Shown piece by piece: positions 1 through 10,053 of a stretch of DNA of 64,000 nt. The position numbers and the translations under genes were made by a program. Source of the DNA: Patescibacteria group bacterium (GTDB lineage: Bacteria; Patescibacteriota; Minisyncoccia; Portnoybacterales; GWB1-42-6). How positions within the stretch are numbered: position 1 is the stretch's first letter; each line of letters opens with the position of its first letter. The notes beneath the pieces were generated by a model. It was not told the DNA's origin and did no database searches. It worked only from the letters and a program-made list of their open reading frames with translations. Location: contig JAKLIA010000002.1 of NCBI GenBank assembly GCA_022709865.1, forward strand, positions 14,521 through 78,520, in the 5' to 3' direction.

Positions 1-2
1 TA

Positions 3-878
3 TTGGCTGCCTGTTTGATCAAGCTGGCTTTCTGGTTGGCAGGCTTAATGGGCTTCAATTTGAACCAACAAATAATAGGCGCGGCGGTTTTTTCTTTGGC
101 AATCCTTTTTTCTGTTTATGGCTTTTGGAACGCTTTTAATCCCAGAATAAAGTCCATAGATGTAAAAATTAAAAATCTTCCTTTGGAATGGCAAGGAAAA
201 ACTATTGTTCAACTTTCTGATATCCATTTAGGCCACGTTCATGGGGCGGGTTTTTTGCAAAACATAGTAGAAAAAACTAATAGCCAGAAACCGGACCTGA
301 TCTTAATTACCGGAGACTTGTTCGATGGCATGGACGGCGATCTAAGCATTTTTGTTAAACCCTTAAGCGATCTTGAGGCTAAAAACGGAGTTTTCTTTGT
401 GACCGGAAACCACGAAGCTTATGTGGGCCTGGAAAGAGTTATGGCAATTCTTGAGCAAACGGATATTAAGGTTTTAAATAACGAGTTTGTTGATATAGAA
501 GGCTTGCAAATAATCGGGCTTAGCTATTCTTTGGGCGGCGATTCGGCCGGAGTGGCAGGCGAGATAAGCAACGAAGCAAAGATGATCAATTCTCTAAGCG
601 GTTTTGAAAAAAATAGATCCAGCATTTTAATGTATCACGCCCCAGCTAATATTGACCAAGCGATAAATAGCGGCGTGGATCTTCAGCTATCTGGCCACAC
701 CCATGACGGGCAAGTTTGGCCGCTTAATATTTTTACTCGGCTGATATATGGCAGTTATAATTATGGCTTGCGCGTTAAGGGAGATTTTTCGATCTATACT
801 TCCAGCGGCGCCGGCACTTGGGGCCCGCCGATGAGAACGGGCAATAGGCCGGAAATAGTATCGATTAAAATAAAATAG
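3..878 (+). CDS. Calcineurin-like metallophosphoesterase (YkuE-like). Possibly 5'-truncated by the window edge.
   Basis: Phosphoesterase motifs DIHLG, GDLFDG, GNHE, GHTHDG in the translation. ORF begins at nt 3. Confidence 0.75.
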   Translation: MAACLIKLAFWLAGLMGFNLNQQIIGAAVFSLAILFSVYGFWNAFNPRIKSIDVKIKNLPLEWQGKTIVQLSDIHLGHVHGAGFLQNIVEKTNSQKPDLILITGDLFDGMDGDLSIFVKPLSDLEAKNGVFFVTGNHEAYVGLERVMAILEQTDIKVLNNEFVDIEGLQIIGLSYSLGGDSAGVAGEISNEAKMINSLSGFEKNRSSILMYHAPANIDQAINSGVDLQLSGHTHDGQVWPLNIFTRLIYGSYNYGLRVKGDFSIYTSSGAGTWGPPMRTGNRPEIVSIKIK

Positions 879-884
879 ACTGAT

Positions 885-2036
885 ATGGCAACAAAAAAAT
901 CTAATTCCTTTGGCGAAAAAGCGATTATTTTACACAAAAAGCTTAAAGGAAAAATAGAAACAAAAAGTAAGGCGCCGGTTAAATCAGCTAAGGATCTGAG
1001 CTTGTGCTACACTCCGGGCGTTGGCGCAGTTTCTAGTTTTTTAGCTGAACACAAAGACCAGGTGCGTGATTACACAATAAAGCGCAATACCGTGGCAGTG
1101 GTTTCGGACGGTTCAGCCGTGCTGGGTTTGGGGAATATAGGCCCGGAGGGAGCTATACCGGTAATGGAGGGAAAATGCCAACTATTTAAGGCCTTTGGCG
1201 ATGTTAATGCTTTTCCGATAGTTTTAAATACCCAAGACGTAGAAAAAATTATTGAGACGGTTAAATTAATTTCGCCGGTTTTTGGCGGCATAAACCTGGA
1301 AGATATTTCCGCGCCGCGATGCTTTGAAATAGAAAATCGCCTGATCGAAGAACTAGATATTCCGGTGATGCATGATGACCAGCACGGCACGGCAATCGTG
1401 TCGTTGGCTGCCCTGATCAACGCCGCTAAAGTGGCCAATAAAAAAATACCGCAAATGAAGATAGTGATTGTTGGCGCTGGCGCGGCGGCCATTGCGGTGG
1501 CTAAGCTTTTATTGTTGGAGGGAGCCAAAGATATAATCTTGGTTGATAGCAAAGCGATCATTAGCCGCGATCGGACAGACCTTAACCCAGCTAAGTTTGA
1601 AATGGTCCAAAAAACTAATCCGCGCAACATTTCCGGCTCAATGGAAGAGGCGATTAAGGGCGCTGATGTTTTGATCGGCTTGTCAAAGGCAGGGCTTTTT
1701 AAAGTTGAACATATAAAAAGCATGGCGCCTCGCGCTATAGTTTTCGCTATGGCAAATCCCGTGCCCGAAATCCTGCCCAACGAAGCTAAAAAAGCCGGCG
1801 CTTTAGTGGTGGCCACCGGGCGTTCCGATTTTGCCAATCAGATAAATAATGTGTTGGGTTTTCCTGGCATTTTTCGGGGAGCGTTGGATAATAATGTAAA
1901 AAAAATTACGCCGGAGATGAAAATAAAAGCCGCTAGAAGCCTGGCGGCGCTGATCAAGAAGCCAACCGCCGATTATATTATTCCTTCGCCGTTTGATAAG
2001 CGGGTAGCTAAAGCGGTCGCTAAAGTCATAAAATAA
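885..2036 (+). CDS. NAD(P)-dependent malic enzyme (short, about 380-aa form)
   Basis: Typical malic enzyme blocks: SLCYTPGV, VVSDGSAVLGLGNIGP, AIPVMEGK, Rossmann VIVGAGAAAIA. Confidence 0.85.
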   Translation: MATKKSNSFGEKAIILHKKLKGKIETKSKAPVKSAKDLSLCYTPGVGAVSSFLAEHKDQVRDYTIKRNTVAVVSDGSAVLGLGNIGPEGAIPVMEGKCQLFKAFGDVNAFPIVLNTQDVEKIIETVKLISPVFGGINLEDISAPRCFEIENRLIEELDIPVMHDDQHGTAIVSLAALINAAKVANKKIPQMKIVIVGAGAAAIAVAKLLLLEGAKDIILVDSKAIISRDRTDLNPAKFEMVQKTNPRNISGSMEEAIKGADVLIGLSKAGLFKVEHIKSMAPRAIVFAMANPVPEILPNEAKKAGALVVATGRSDFANQINNVLGFPGIFRGALDNNVKKITPEMKIKAARSLAALIKKPTADYIIPSPFDKRVAKAVAKVIK

Positions 2037-2041
2037 ATTAA

Positions 2042-2818
2042 ATGGACCTATTCCATTCGATAATTTTAGGTTTTGTCCAGGGCATAACGGAGTTTTTGCC
2101 TATTTCTTCTACGGGGCATTTGATCTTAGTTGAAAAAGTTTTAAATCTTTCCCAGACCGATTTTTTAAAAAGCTTCGATATTATTATCCAATTGGGCTCT
2201 ATTTTAGCGGTGGTGGTTTTATATTGGCGCGAGTTATTCACTAATTGGGAAGTGCAAAAAAGGATTGTCGTCGCTTTTATTCCCACAGGCATTTTGGGAT
2301 TAGTTTTTTATAAGATCGTTAAAGCTTATTTGTTGGGAAACGACACGGTGGTTTTATGGTCATTGGCCCTAGGTGGCATTGCCTTGATCTTATTTGAGCT
2401 AAGGCATAAGGAAGAAGAGACTGATTTTGGAGAGCTAGCAAACTTGCCGTATAAAAATGCTTTTATAGTCGGGATTTTCCAATCTGTGGCGATGGTTCCG
2501 GGCGTGTCGCGTTCAGCCGCCACGATCTTGGGAGGCTTATTGATGGGCATTAAGCGGCGCACGATAGTAGAGTTTTCTTTTTTGCTGGCCGTGCCAACGA
2601 TGCTGGCGGCGACAGGGCTGGATCTAATAAAAAATGCAGAACAATTTTCAGGGGCGCAATGGGATTTTCTGGCAGCGGGATTTATTATGTCTTTTGTGGT
2701 GGCGATATTAAGCATAAAGTTCTTGCTGAGCTTTATTAAGAAGAGAAGCTTTATTCCTTTTGGCGTTTATCGTATAATAATAGCAGCCTTATTTTTCCTC
2801 TATATAATTTATAAATAA
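2042..2818 (+). CDS. uppP: Undecaprenyl-diphosphate phosphatase
   Basis: N-terminal GFVQGITEFLPISSTGHLIL signature of UppP/BacA and a polytopic membrane profile. Confidence 0.9.
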   Translation: MDLFHSIILGFVQGITEFLPISSTGHLILVEKVLNLSQTDFLKSFDIIIQLGSILAVVVLYWRELFTNWEVQKRIVVAFIPTGILGLVFYKIVKAYLLGNDTVVLWSLALGGIALILFELRHKEEETDFGELANLPYKNAFIVGIFQSVAMVPGVSRSAATILGGLLMGIKRRTIVEFSFLLAVPTMLAATGLDLIKNAEQFSGAQWDFLAAGFIMSFVVAILSIKFLLSFIKKRSFIPFGVYRIIIAALFFLYIIYK

Positions 2819-2833
2819 ATAATAACAAGACAA

Positions 2834-3832
2834 ATGATTTTTAGCTTAGCTTTATTATTAATCCTTGGTCTTATTATTATCACTGTTATGTCCTCAATAG
2901 CAGATAAAAAGATCGGCCCAAAAGAGGTCTTCTTGCAGCTGTTAAGCACGGCTGTCTTATATTTTTCAGCTATCAGTCTGGGAGTTTTGCTTTTTCAATT
3001 TATCAATATCTATTTCCCCGACATTTTAAAAGTTGATTTTTACCAGCGAGAAAGCTATTTTTCTTCGATGCGTTGGGCAGTGGCGGTGCTGGTGATAGTT
3101 TTTCCGGTATATATTTGGTCTTTGTGGTATACCAGGAAGGCAGAATTGGCCACGCCGGAGCTTAAAGAGATGCTAACTCGCAAGTGGCTTCTTTATTTTA
3201 CTGTTTTTGCGGCGGCGGCCGTGATCATTGGGGACCTGGTGACCTTAATCTTTAATTATCTGCAAGGCGAAACAACGACTCGTTTTGTTCTTAAAATAGC
3301 TTCGGTGTTATTTATTGCGGCGGCGGTTTTTGGTTATTATTTTTGGGAATTGCGCCAAGAAAAGAATCCTAAAGCGGCTAAGTTCGTTAAGATCGCCAAA
3401 TGGGGGATTGTTATTATTGTGGCCGGGTTGGTGGTTTTTGGGTTCTATTCAGCCGGCTCTCCGCAATCAGCCAGGGTTTTAAGGCTGGACCAGCAAAGGC
3501 TGAGCGATCTGCAAGGCATGCAAAACCAGATAGTTTATTTTTGGCAGCAGAAAAATCGTTTGCCCCTTAACGCAGCGGAATTAACGGATAGCATTTCCGG
3601 ATACGTAGTGCCTCAAGATCCGGAAACAGGCCTTTCTTATGAATATAATGTTTTAGGCAATTTAAAGTTTGAACTTTGCGGCGTCTTTAAAACAGAAGGC
3701 GAAACCGGGAATGTCCAAGTGCCGACAGAAGTTTCAAAGATTAACTTATACGCTGATAATTGGCAGCATAGCATTGGCCGGGTTTGCTTTGAGCGCGCCA
3801 TTGATCCGCAGTTATATAAGCTGAATAAATAG
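2834..3832 (+). CDS. Hypothetical polytopic membrane protein
   Basis: 332-aa ORF with multiple hydrophobic helices; no recognisable catalytic motif. Followed by an imperfect hairpin terminator (3845-3879). Confidence 0.5.
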   Translation: MIFSLALLLILGLIIITVMSSIADKKIGPKEVFLQLLSTAVLYFSAISLGVLLFQFINIYFPDILKVDFYQRESYFSSMRWAVAVLVIVFPVYIWSLWYTRKAELATPELKEMLTRKWLLYFTVFAAAAVIIGDLVTLIFNYLQGETTTRFVLKIASVLFIAAAVFGYYFWELRQEKNPKAAKFVKIAKWGIVIIVAGLVVFGFYSAGSPQSARVLRLDQQRLSDLQGMQNQIVYFWQQKNRLPLNAAELTDSISGYVVPQDPETGLSYEYNVLGNLKFELCGVFKTEGETGNVQVPTEVSKINLYADNWQHSIGRVCFERAIDPQLYKLNK

Positions 3833-3883
3833 GGCTATTTAAAAAACAGCCAAAAGCTATTGCTTGGGCTGTTTTTTATCGCC

Positions 3884-3912
3884 TTGACAAGGCCCAAGGG
3901 GAGCAATATACT
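3884..3912 (+). promoter_or_regulatory. Sigma70-like promoter for marR and the efflux operon (TTGACA, 17-bp spacer, TATACT). A short palindrome ATACT-TAG-AGTAT overlaps the -10 and could be a MarR operator.
   Basis: TTGACA at 3884-3889, 17-nt spacer, TATACT at 3907-3912, 21 nt upstream of the marR ATG. Confidence 0.4.
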
Positions 3913-3933
3913 TAGAGTATCTAACTATTATAT

Positions 3934-4383
3934 ATGTTAACAGCAAACGCTAAAAAAGGCGCTGATGAATTCGAAACTTTATTGCTGGGCATGCTAAGAA
4001 TGATTCATCTTCATCTTAAAAAATGCCACCGCGAAGATATAAAGTTCGGTTCGCCCTTGCAGATACAGGTTCTTCATTATATTAATGAGCGCCCAAAACT
4101 ATTAATGAAGGAATTAGCGGAGTTTTTAGCGGTTGCGCCGCCTTCAGTAACTTCTTTAGTCGATTCAATGGCTAAGGACGGCCTAATTGGCCGGAAATTA
4201 GATAAAGCCGACAGGCGGATCGTCCATTTGCAAATAACGGCCAAAGGAAAAAGCTTTCTGCAAAGGGGTTTTAAACAAATGAGAACTCATATCCGGGAAA
4301 TATTCGCCCATTTAACCGAACAGGAAAGGCAACAGATGACAGAGGTCTATAAAAAAATATATAATTATTTTAGTAAAAATTAA
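3934..4383 (+). CDS. MarR-family transcriptional regulator
   Basis: 149 aa with a winged-HTH MarR pattern (LQIQVLHYINE...PPSVTSLVDSMAKDGLIGR...DRR). Immediately upstream of the efflux genes. Confidence 0.8.
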   Translation: MLTANAKKGADEFETLLLGMLRMIHLHLKKCHREDIKFGSPLQIQVLHYINERPKLLMKELAEFLAVAPPSVTSLVDSMAKDGLIGRKLDKADRRIVHLQITAKGKSFLQRGFKQMRTHIREIFAHLTEQERQQMTEVYKKIYNYFSKN

Positions 4384-4387
4384 GCAT

Positions 4388-5992
4388 ATGAAAACTTTCA
4401 TAAAACAACATTATATTTGGACATCAATTATCATTTTAGTGGTTCTTGGCCTTGGCGCTTGGATATTTTTCGGTTCCGGCCAGAAATCTTCTTACGAGCT
4501 TACCAAAGTGGTAAAAGGAGATATTTCTCAGATAGTCAGCGTGACCGGCAAGGTTAGGCCGGCCGACAGCGTTGAGCTGGCTTTTGAAAAAAGCGGGAAG
4601 ATCGCTTACATCGGGGCAGATATAGGAGATAAAGTTTCAGCCGGACAGCGTTTAGCCAGCTTGAATAATTCTGATGTCTTAGCGCAGCTGGCACAGGCTC
4701 AAGCATCGCTTGATAAAGAAGAAGTGAAGCTGGCCGAGCTAAAAGCCGGAACTAGGGCTGAGGAGCTGCAAATCGCCCAAACCACAGTGGCTAATGCCGA
4801 AAGAACTTTAGCTGATGTGCAAAGTAAGGCGGAAGTAGACTTGAACAATTATTATGATGATGTAGAGAACATTCTAAATGATGCCTATGTTAAGGCCGAT
4901 GACGCAGTTAATAAACAAACAGATGAACTATTTACTAATGACAGCTCCGATAGCCCGAACCTAACTTTTTATACCGGCAGCCAGGCCGAAACCAATGCTG
5001 AATCCAAGCGCCGCCAAGCGGGCGTGGAATTAGCCGCGTTTAAAACGGAGATAGACAATTTATCAACCAGCCAAAGCAGTTTGGACTTAGCGCTGACCAA
5101 GGGAGAGGGCCACTTAAATATTATTTTAGACTTTTTAAATAGCGCGAGCACGGCTGTTAATGAAGCAATTGGTTTATCGGCAACCAACCAGACCAATTAT
5201 AAATATTATGTAAATGCCGGCCGGACCAATGTTAGCGCCGCTTTAACTAGCATTAGCACTCAGAAACAATATATTTCAGCCCAAAAAGCCACCAATCAAA
5301 GCAATATATCTGGTGCCCAAAACACCTTGGCGGCAGCGCAGGACCAACTGGCCTTGAAACGGGCCGGAAGCACTGCCGAAGAGGTTTCCGCACAAGAAGC
5401 ACAGGTAAAATATGCCCAAGCAAATGTGCAAAATTATCAAGCGGCTTTATCAAAAACAATTATTTCTTCGCCGTTAGACGGTATTGTGACCAAGCGCGAT
5501 ATCGAGCTTGGAGAAATTGTAGCTGCTAATACCACAGTTTATTCTATTCTTAGCGCGGCTAAGTTTGAGATAGAAGCGAATGTCTCAGAGAACGAAATAG
5601 CCAAAGTTGAATTGGGCGACTCGGTGAGCATCACTTTAGATGCTTTGGGTTCGGACGAAAAATTCGTGGGAAAAATAGTTAAAATAGACCCGGCCGAAAC
5701 CATTGTTTCTGGCGTTATCTATTATAAAGTCACTTCGGTTTTTGATATGGAAGACAGCCGCATTAAATCCGGCATGACCGCCAACCTTGATATCCAGACA
5801 GAGCAAAAGATCGGCGTGTTGACCCTGCCATATTATTTAGTCAAAGAAAAAGACGGGAAAAAATACGTCCAAATCATGGAAAATGGAGGAATAAAAGAAC
5901 AGCCTGTGCAGACGGGCCTGGAAGGAGAAACAATGGTAGAGATTATCAGCGGTTTATCCGAAGGGCAAGAAGTTATAACCAACGGGCAATAA
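4388..5992 (+). CDS. HlyD/MacA-type periplasmic adaptor (membrane fusion protein) with a long coiled-coil insert
   Basis: N-terminal TM anchor, biotinyl/lipoyl-like hairpin (VKPADSVELAFEKSGKIAYIGADIGDKVSAGQRLASL), an extended coiled-coil Q/A-rich region, and a C-terminal beta-barrel typical of RND/ABC adaptor subunits. Confidence 0.75.
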   Translation: MKTFIKQHYIWTSIIILVVLGLGAWIFFGSGQKSSYELTKVVKGDISQIVSVTGKVRPADSVELAFEKSGKIAYIGADIGDKVSAGQRLASLNNSDVLAQLAQAQASLDKEEVKLAELKAGTRAEELQIAQTTVANAERTLADVQSKAEVDLNNYYDDVENILNDAYVKADDAVNKQTDELFTNDSSDSPNLTFYTGSQAETNAESKRRQAGVELAAFKTEIDNLSTSQSSLDLALTKGEGHLNIILDFLNSASTAVNEAIGLSATNQTNYKYYVNAGRTNVSAALTSISTQKQYISAQKATNQSNISGAQNTLAAAQDQLALKRAGSTAEEVSAQEAQVKYAQANVQNYQAALSKTIISSPLDGIVTKRDIELGEIVAANTTVYSILSAAKFEIEANVSENEIAKVELGDSVSITLDALGSDEKFVGKIVKIDPAETIVSGVIYYKVTSVFDMEDSRIKSGMTANLDIQTEQKIGVLTLPYYLVKEKDGKKYVQIMENGGIKEQPVQTGLEGETMVEIISGLSEGQEVITNGQ

Positions 5993-5997
5993 AAGCC

Positions 5998-6714
5998 ATG
6001 CTTATTAAATTAGAGAATATTACAAAAAATTATCTTGATGACGGAGAGCCGACAACCGCTTTGCGCGGCGTTAGCTTGAATGTCGCCGAAGGCGAGTTTG
6101 TGGCTATTATGGGCGCATCGGGTTCGGGCAAATCAACGCTGATGCATATTATCGGTTTTCTGGACAAAAAAACTTCCGGCCAATATTTCTTTGATAATGA
6201 AGACATGGGGGATTTTGATGATGCTAAACTAGCGGAAATCCGGAACCAGAAGATAGGTTTTATTTTTCAGGCTTATAATCTTTTAGCGCGCACTTCGATC
6301 ATTGATAATGTGTTGTTGCCAACAATTTATACGCCGCATTTAGATAAGGCGGCGGTAGAAAAAAGGGCTTATGAGCTTTTGGGCCGCTTAAAACTGTCGC
6401 ACCGCATTAATTTTCCGCCTAACCAATTATCCGGCGGCGAACAGCAAAGAGCGGCGATAGTCCGAGCCTTGATCAATAATCCGCGCTTGGTGCTGGCGGA
6501 TGAACCGACCGGGAACCTCGACAGCAAATCCGGTCAGGAAGTTATGGAAATACTGCAAAGCTTAAATGATGAGGGCCACGCCATAGTTATGGTCACGCAT
6601 GAAAAAGACGTGGCCGAATGCGCTAAGCGCATTATCACCCTAAGAGATGGCGTGATCATCTCGGATGAATTGGTTGCCAATCGCCGCCAAGCAAAAGACG
6701 GGCTTATCAGATAG
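5998..6714 (+). CDS. ABC transporter ATP-binding protein (MacB/LolD-type ATPase, stand-alone)
   Basis: Walker A GASGSGKST, Q-loop, signature LSGGEQQR, Walker B LVLADEPTGNLD, H-loop VTHE. Confidence 0.9.
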   Translation: MLIKLENITKNYLDDGEPTTALRGVSLNVAEGEFVAIMGASGSGKSTLMHIIGFLDKKTSGQYFFDNEDMGDFDDAKLAEIRNQKIGFIFQAYNLLARTSIIDNVLLPTIYTPHLDKAAVEKRAYELLGRLKLSHRINFPPNQLSGGEQQRAAIVRALINNPRLVLADEPTGNLDSKSGQEVMEILQSLNDEGHAIVMVTHEKDVAECAKRIITLRDGVIISDELVANRRQAKDGLIR

Positions 6715-6733
6715 CTTTTGTTAAAAAAAGAGC

Positions 6734-7963
6734 ATGCGTTTTTTACAGATTTTAAAAAATACTCGCCGTAATCTTTCTTTGAATAAAACCCGGTCTCTCT
6801 TAACGATGCTGGGTATTATTATTGGCGTGGCGGCGGTAATCGCTATTGTTTCGGTTGGCGCCGGCGCGCAAGAATTGCTTTTAGCGCAAGTTAAAGCCAT
6901 GGGAACTAATCTCATTGGCATTTTACCCGGGGCGTCCGATGACCAAGGCCCGCCCGCGGCGGCTTTTGGCATTGAGATCACAACATTAAAATACGAAGAC
7001 GCCTTGGAGATAAGGAAGTTGCCCCATATCATTGCTATTAGCGCTTATGTCACGGGCCGCGGAACCGCCAGCTATTTTAATAAAACCAAAGAATATAATT
7101 ATTCCGGTGTTTTGCCTGAATATCCGACCGTGGAAGACACGGCGGTGGGAACAGGCCGGTTTTTGAAACAAGACGATATTGATAGTTTGGCCCGGGTTGT
7201 TGTTATTGGCAGCCAGGTGGCCAAAGACCTCTTTGGGCAAGATGACCCGCTGGAAAAACAGATAAAGATAAACCAGGTGGTTTTTAAAGTGGTGGGCGTG
7301 ATGAAAGAGCGCGGTGGGGGCGGTTTGCAAAACCAAGATGAGCAAGTTTTTATTCCTTTGCGCACTGCGCAAAAAATAATGCTGGGCATTGACCACGTAG
7401 CTTATATCCGGGCAAAGGTTGATAAAGAAGAAAATATCGACCCGGCAATTATCCAGGTTAAAAATATTTTATTGTTCCGGCACCATATAAAAGATGCGGC
7501 TAAAGGAGATTTTTCCGTGCGCTCAACCGCGCAAGCCTTGGATATTTTAAGTTCGATCACCCAAGCCCTAAAAATGTTCTTGGGGGCGGTGGCAGGAATC
7601 TCTTTAATTGTGGGCGGCATTGGCATTATGAATATTATGTTCGTGACGGTAACTGAGCGCACCAAAGAAATTGGTTTGCGCAAAGCCATTGGCGCCAAGC
7701 GCCGCGATATTTTGTTGCAGTTTTTAGCGGAAAGCGCCGTTATGACATTAGTCGGCGGATTGATAGGCATTGCTGTTGGGATTTTGATATCGGCTGCCAT
7801 TGCCTTGGGCGTTAATTATTTTGGCTATGAATGGCAGTTAATAATTTCTTGGTCTTCGATCCTGACGGCCGTTATTATGGCGGTTGGCGTTGGTTTGATA
7901 TTTGGTTTATGGCCCGCTAACCGCGCTTCTCTTTTAAGCCCGATGGAAGCGTTAAGGCGATAA
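6734..7963 (+). CDS. ABC transporter permease, FtsX/MacB family (first of two)
   Basis: MacB-type topology: TM1, a large periplasmic domain, then three C-terminal TM helices with the conserved GIGIMNIMFVTVTERTKEIGLRKAIGA block. Confidence 0.85.
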   Translation: MRFLQILKNTRRNLSLNKTRSLLTMLGIIIGVAAVIAIVSVGAGAQELLLAQVKAMGTNLIGILPGASDDQGPPAAAFGIEITTLKYEDALEIRKLPHIIAISAYVTGRGTASYFNKTKEYNYSGVLPEYPTVEDTAVGTGRFLKQDDIDSLARVVVIGSQVAKDLFGQDDPLEKQIKINQVVFKVVGVMKERGGGGLQNQDEQVFIPLRTAQKIMLGIDHVAYIRAKVDKEENIDPAIIQVKNILLFRHHIKDAAKGDFSVRSTAQALDILSSITQALKMFLGAVAGISLIVGGIGIMNIMFVTVTERTKEIGLRKAIGAKRRDILLQFLAESAVMTLVGGLIGIAVGILISAAIALGVNYFGYEWQLIISWSSILTAVIMAVGVGLIFGLWPANRASLLSPMEALRR

Positions 7964-7969
7964 CTTTTT

Positions 7970-9235
7970 ATGGATTTTTTAGCTACCACAAAACAATCTT
8001 TGATCGCCCTTAAAGCCAATAAAATGCGCTCGCTTCTTTCGGTTCTGGGAATTGTGATAGGAGTTGGCGCCGTAGTGATGATCTTATCTTTGGGGCAAGG
8101 CTTGAAGGGCCTGGTAACTAATGAAATGAATGCCTTTGGCCCGAATCTTTTGGATATTGCCGTAAAAATACCGGGAGTTAGCCAAACTCAATCTGTGGCT
8201 TCCATGGTCCAAGGCATCCAGATAACAACTTTCAAGTCAAAAGATATTAAGGATTTGAAAAATAAACAAGTTTTTCCTTATATAACAGCGGTTAACGGCC
8301 AAGCTATTGGGCAAGAATGGGTGGTCTATAGTAATAAGGAGAGGCGGGTTTTAGTTTATGGCTGCAGCCCTGATTATCCGCTGATCATGAAAACCACTAA
8401 ATTAGCTGCCGGCCGATTTTTTAATGATAATGAAAACGACAGTTTGGCTAAGGTGGCGGTTTTGGGCAGCACGCTGGCGGAAAAATTATTCAACCAAGAA
8501 GACCCTTTGGGAAAAAGCGTTAGAATGAAAGGCATGAACTTTAAGGTGGTGGGAGTTTTGGAGCCCGTGGGCGGCATGATGAGTTCGGCTGGAATGGACA
8601 TGAACGATTTTATTTATGTGCCGTTGGAAGTCACGCTGAAAGAGATCCTGGGCATTGATTATTTGACCGAAGCCCATGTTGACGTGAGCGACCAGCAATA
8701 TGTTGACCGCGCTATCGCCGATATCAGCCGCTTATTGCGCCGCAACCATAATATTACCGATCCCGATAAAGATGATTTTGAGATAATTACCATGGCAGAG
8801 ATATTAAAGCGCGTGGAGCAGGTGAGCGTTATTTTAAATCTATTGCTTGGTTTTTTGGCGGCTATTTCTTTATTGGTCGGCGGCATTGGTATTATGAATA
8901 TTATGCTGGTTTCGGTTAGCGAACGCACGCGAGAAATAGGTTTGCGCAAATCATTGGGAGCAACGAGCCAAAATATTCTTTATCAATTTTTAATCGAAAG
9001 CCTGGTAATCACGGGGCTAGGAGGCATAATCGGCGTTATCGGGGGAATGACCTTGTCGACTTTAATTGGCCTAGTGGCGCGCACTCAAGGTTTGCCTGAT
9101 TGGCCGTTAACAATATCGTGGCTAGCGGTTTTTGGCTCTTTTATGATATCGGTTTTGATCGGTCTGGTGTTTGGTGTTTATCCTGCCCGCCAAGCCGCTA
9201 AGAAGAGTCCGATGGAGGCGTTAAGATACGAATAG
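7970..9235 (+). CDS. ABC transporter permease, FtsX/MacB family (second paralog)
   Basis: Same architecture as the preceding gene; GIGIMNIMLVSVSERTREIGLRKSLGA block. Confidence 0.85.
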   Translation: MDFLATTKQSLIALKANKMRSLLSVLGIVIGVGAVVMILSLGQGLKGLVTNEMNAFGPNLLDIAVKIPGVSQTQSVASMVQGIQITTFKSKDIKDLKNKQVFPYITAVNGQAIGQEWVVYSNKERRVLVYGCSPDYPLIMKTTKLAAGRFFNDNENDSLAKVAVLGSTLAEKLFNQEDPLGKSVRMKGMNFKVVGVLEPVGGMMSSAGMDMNDFIYVPLEVTLKEILGIDYLTEAHVDVSDQQYVDRAIADISRLLRRNHNITDPDKDDFEIITMAEILKRVEQVSVILNLLLGFLAAISLLVGGIGIMNIMLVSVSERTREIGLRKSLGATSQNILYQFLIESLVITGLGGIIGVIGGMTLSTLIGLVARTQGLPDWPLTISWLAVFGSFMISVLIGLVFGVYPARQAAKKSPMEALRYE

Positions 9236-9331
9236 GCGAAGACCACTAGACAAAAATTAATAAGTGTTGTATATTATAAAGAGTCTTTCTTGAGAAAGCC
9301 GTAGTTCTTTAAAAAAAATATAGGGGGGAAA

Positions 9332-9727
9332 ATGAAAAAGATAATGATTGTAGACGACAGTCGGGATGAACGTGAGCTTTTAATCTGTTATTTAAAAAGT
9401 TTTTTTGAGTCTTTATCTGTATCTAATAAAGTTATGCCGGAGTTTATTGAAGCAAAAGACGGACAGGAGGCTTGGAGTTTTTTGACAAAAGAAAAACTTA
9501 TTCCGGACCTGATGATAGTTGATTTTCAGATGCCTGGAATGAACGGGGTTGAGCTAATAGAGAAGATAAAAAAAGAACTGAAACTTAATTCAGAGATAGT
9601 TTTGCATAGCGGCTGGATACCGGCCGACGCGGAGGCAAGAAGGATAAGCTGTAGATTTGTCTCCAAAATTGGAGGGCAAAAAAAGATCTTTGATCTAGCT
9701 TCAGAGTTAGGGTTATTTATTCCTTAA
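9332..9727 (+). CDS. Orphan response-regulator receiver domain protein (CheY-like, no output domain)
   Basis: 131 aa; acidic pocket DDSRDE, phospho-acceptor Asp in IVDFQMPGMNG. RBS GGGGGG 6 nt upstream. No histidine kinase in the window. Confidence 0.75.
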   Translation: MKKIMIVDDSRDERELLICYLKSFFESLSVSNKVMPEFIEAKDGQEAWSFLTKEKLIPDLMIVDFQMPGMNGVELIEKIKKELKLNSEIVLHSGWIPADAEARRISCRFVSKIGGQKKIFDLASELGLFIP

Positions 9728-9734
9728 ATAGCCA

Positions 9735-9766
9735 AAGGCGCTTTTAAACAAAAGCGCCTTTTTTAT
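9735..9766 (+). terminator. Rho-independent terminator after the receiver gene
   Basis: Perfect 11-bp stem AAGGCGCTTTT / AAAAGCGCCTT, 4-nt loop, followed by TTTTTTAT. Confidence 0.55.
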
Positions 9767-10053
9767 TTGCGCAAGAGCGTGATTCCTTATGCACTTATTA
9801 TCCGCCTTAATACTTGACAAGCTTTTAGACACTTGGTATCACTAATATATTAGAAATCTAGACATGTTCAAGAAGGGTTGTTTAGGTTTTTTTATTTATA
9901 AAATTAATAATATAAAGTGAAGGCAATGAAGCTCAGTCTTTATGTGGACGCCTAGACCGAGTGGAGCCAACGGCGTAACCGCTCACTCAATAAAGACTGT
10001 TCTGGCGGGCTGATTCCACAATTTACTCGCGGAAACAGCACTTTATAAAAAAA

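Noticed and set aside
1070-1837. 255-aa minus-strand ORF
   Set aside because: Lies entirely antisense to the well-supported malic enzyme gene. Ala/Ser/Ile-rich low-complexity translation typical of an antisense frame of a GC-biased coding region.
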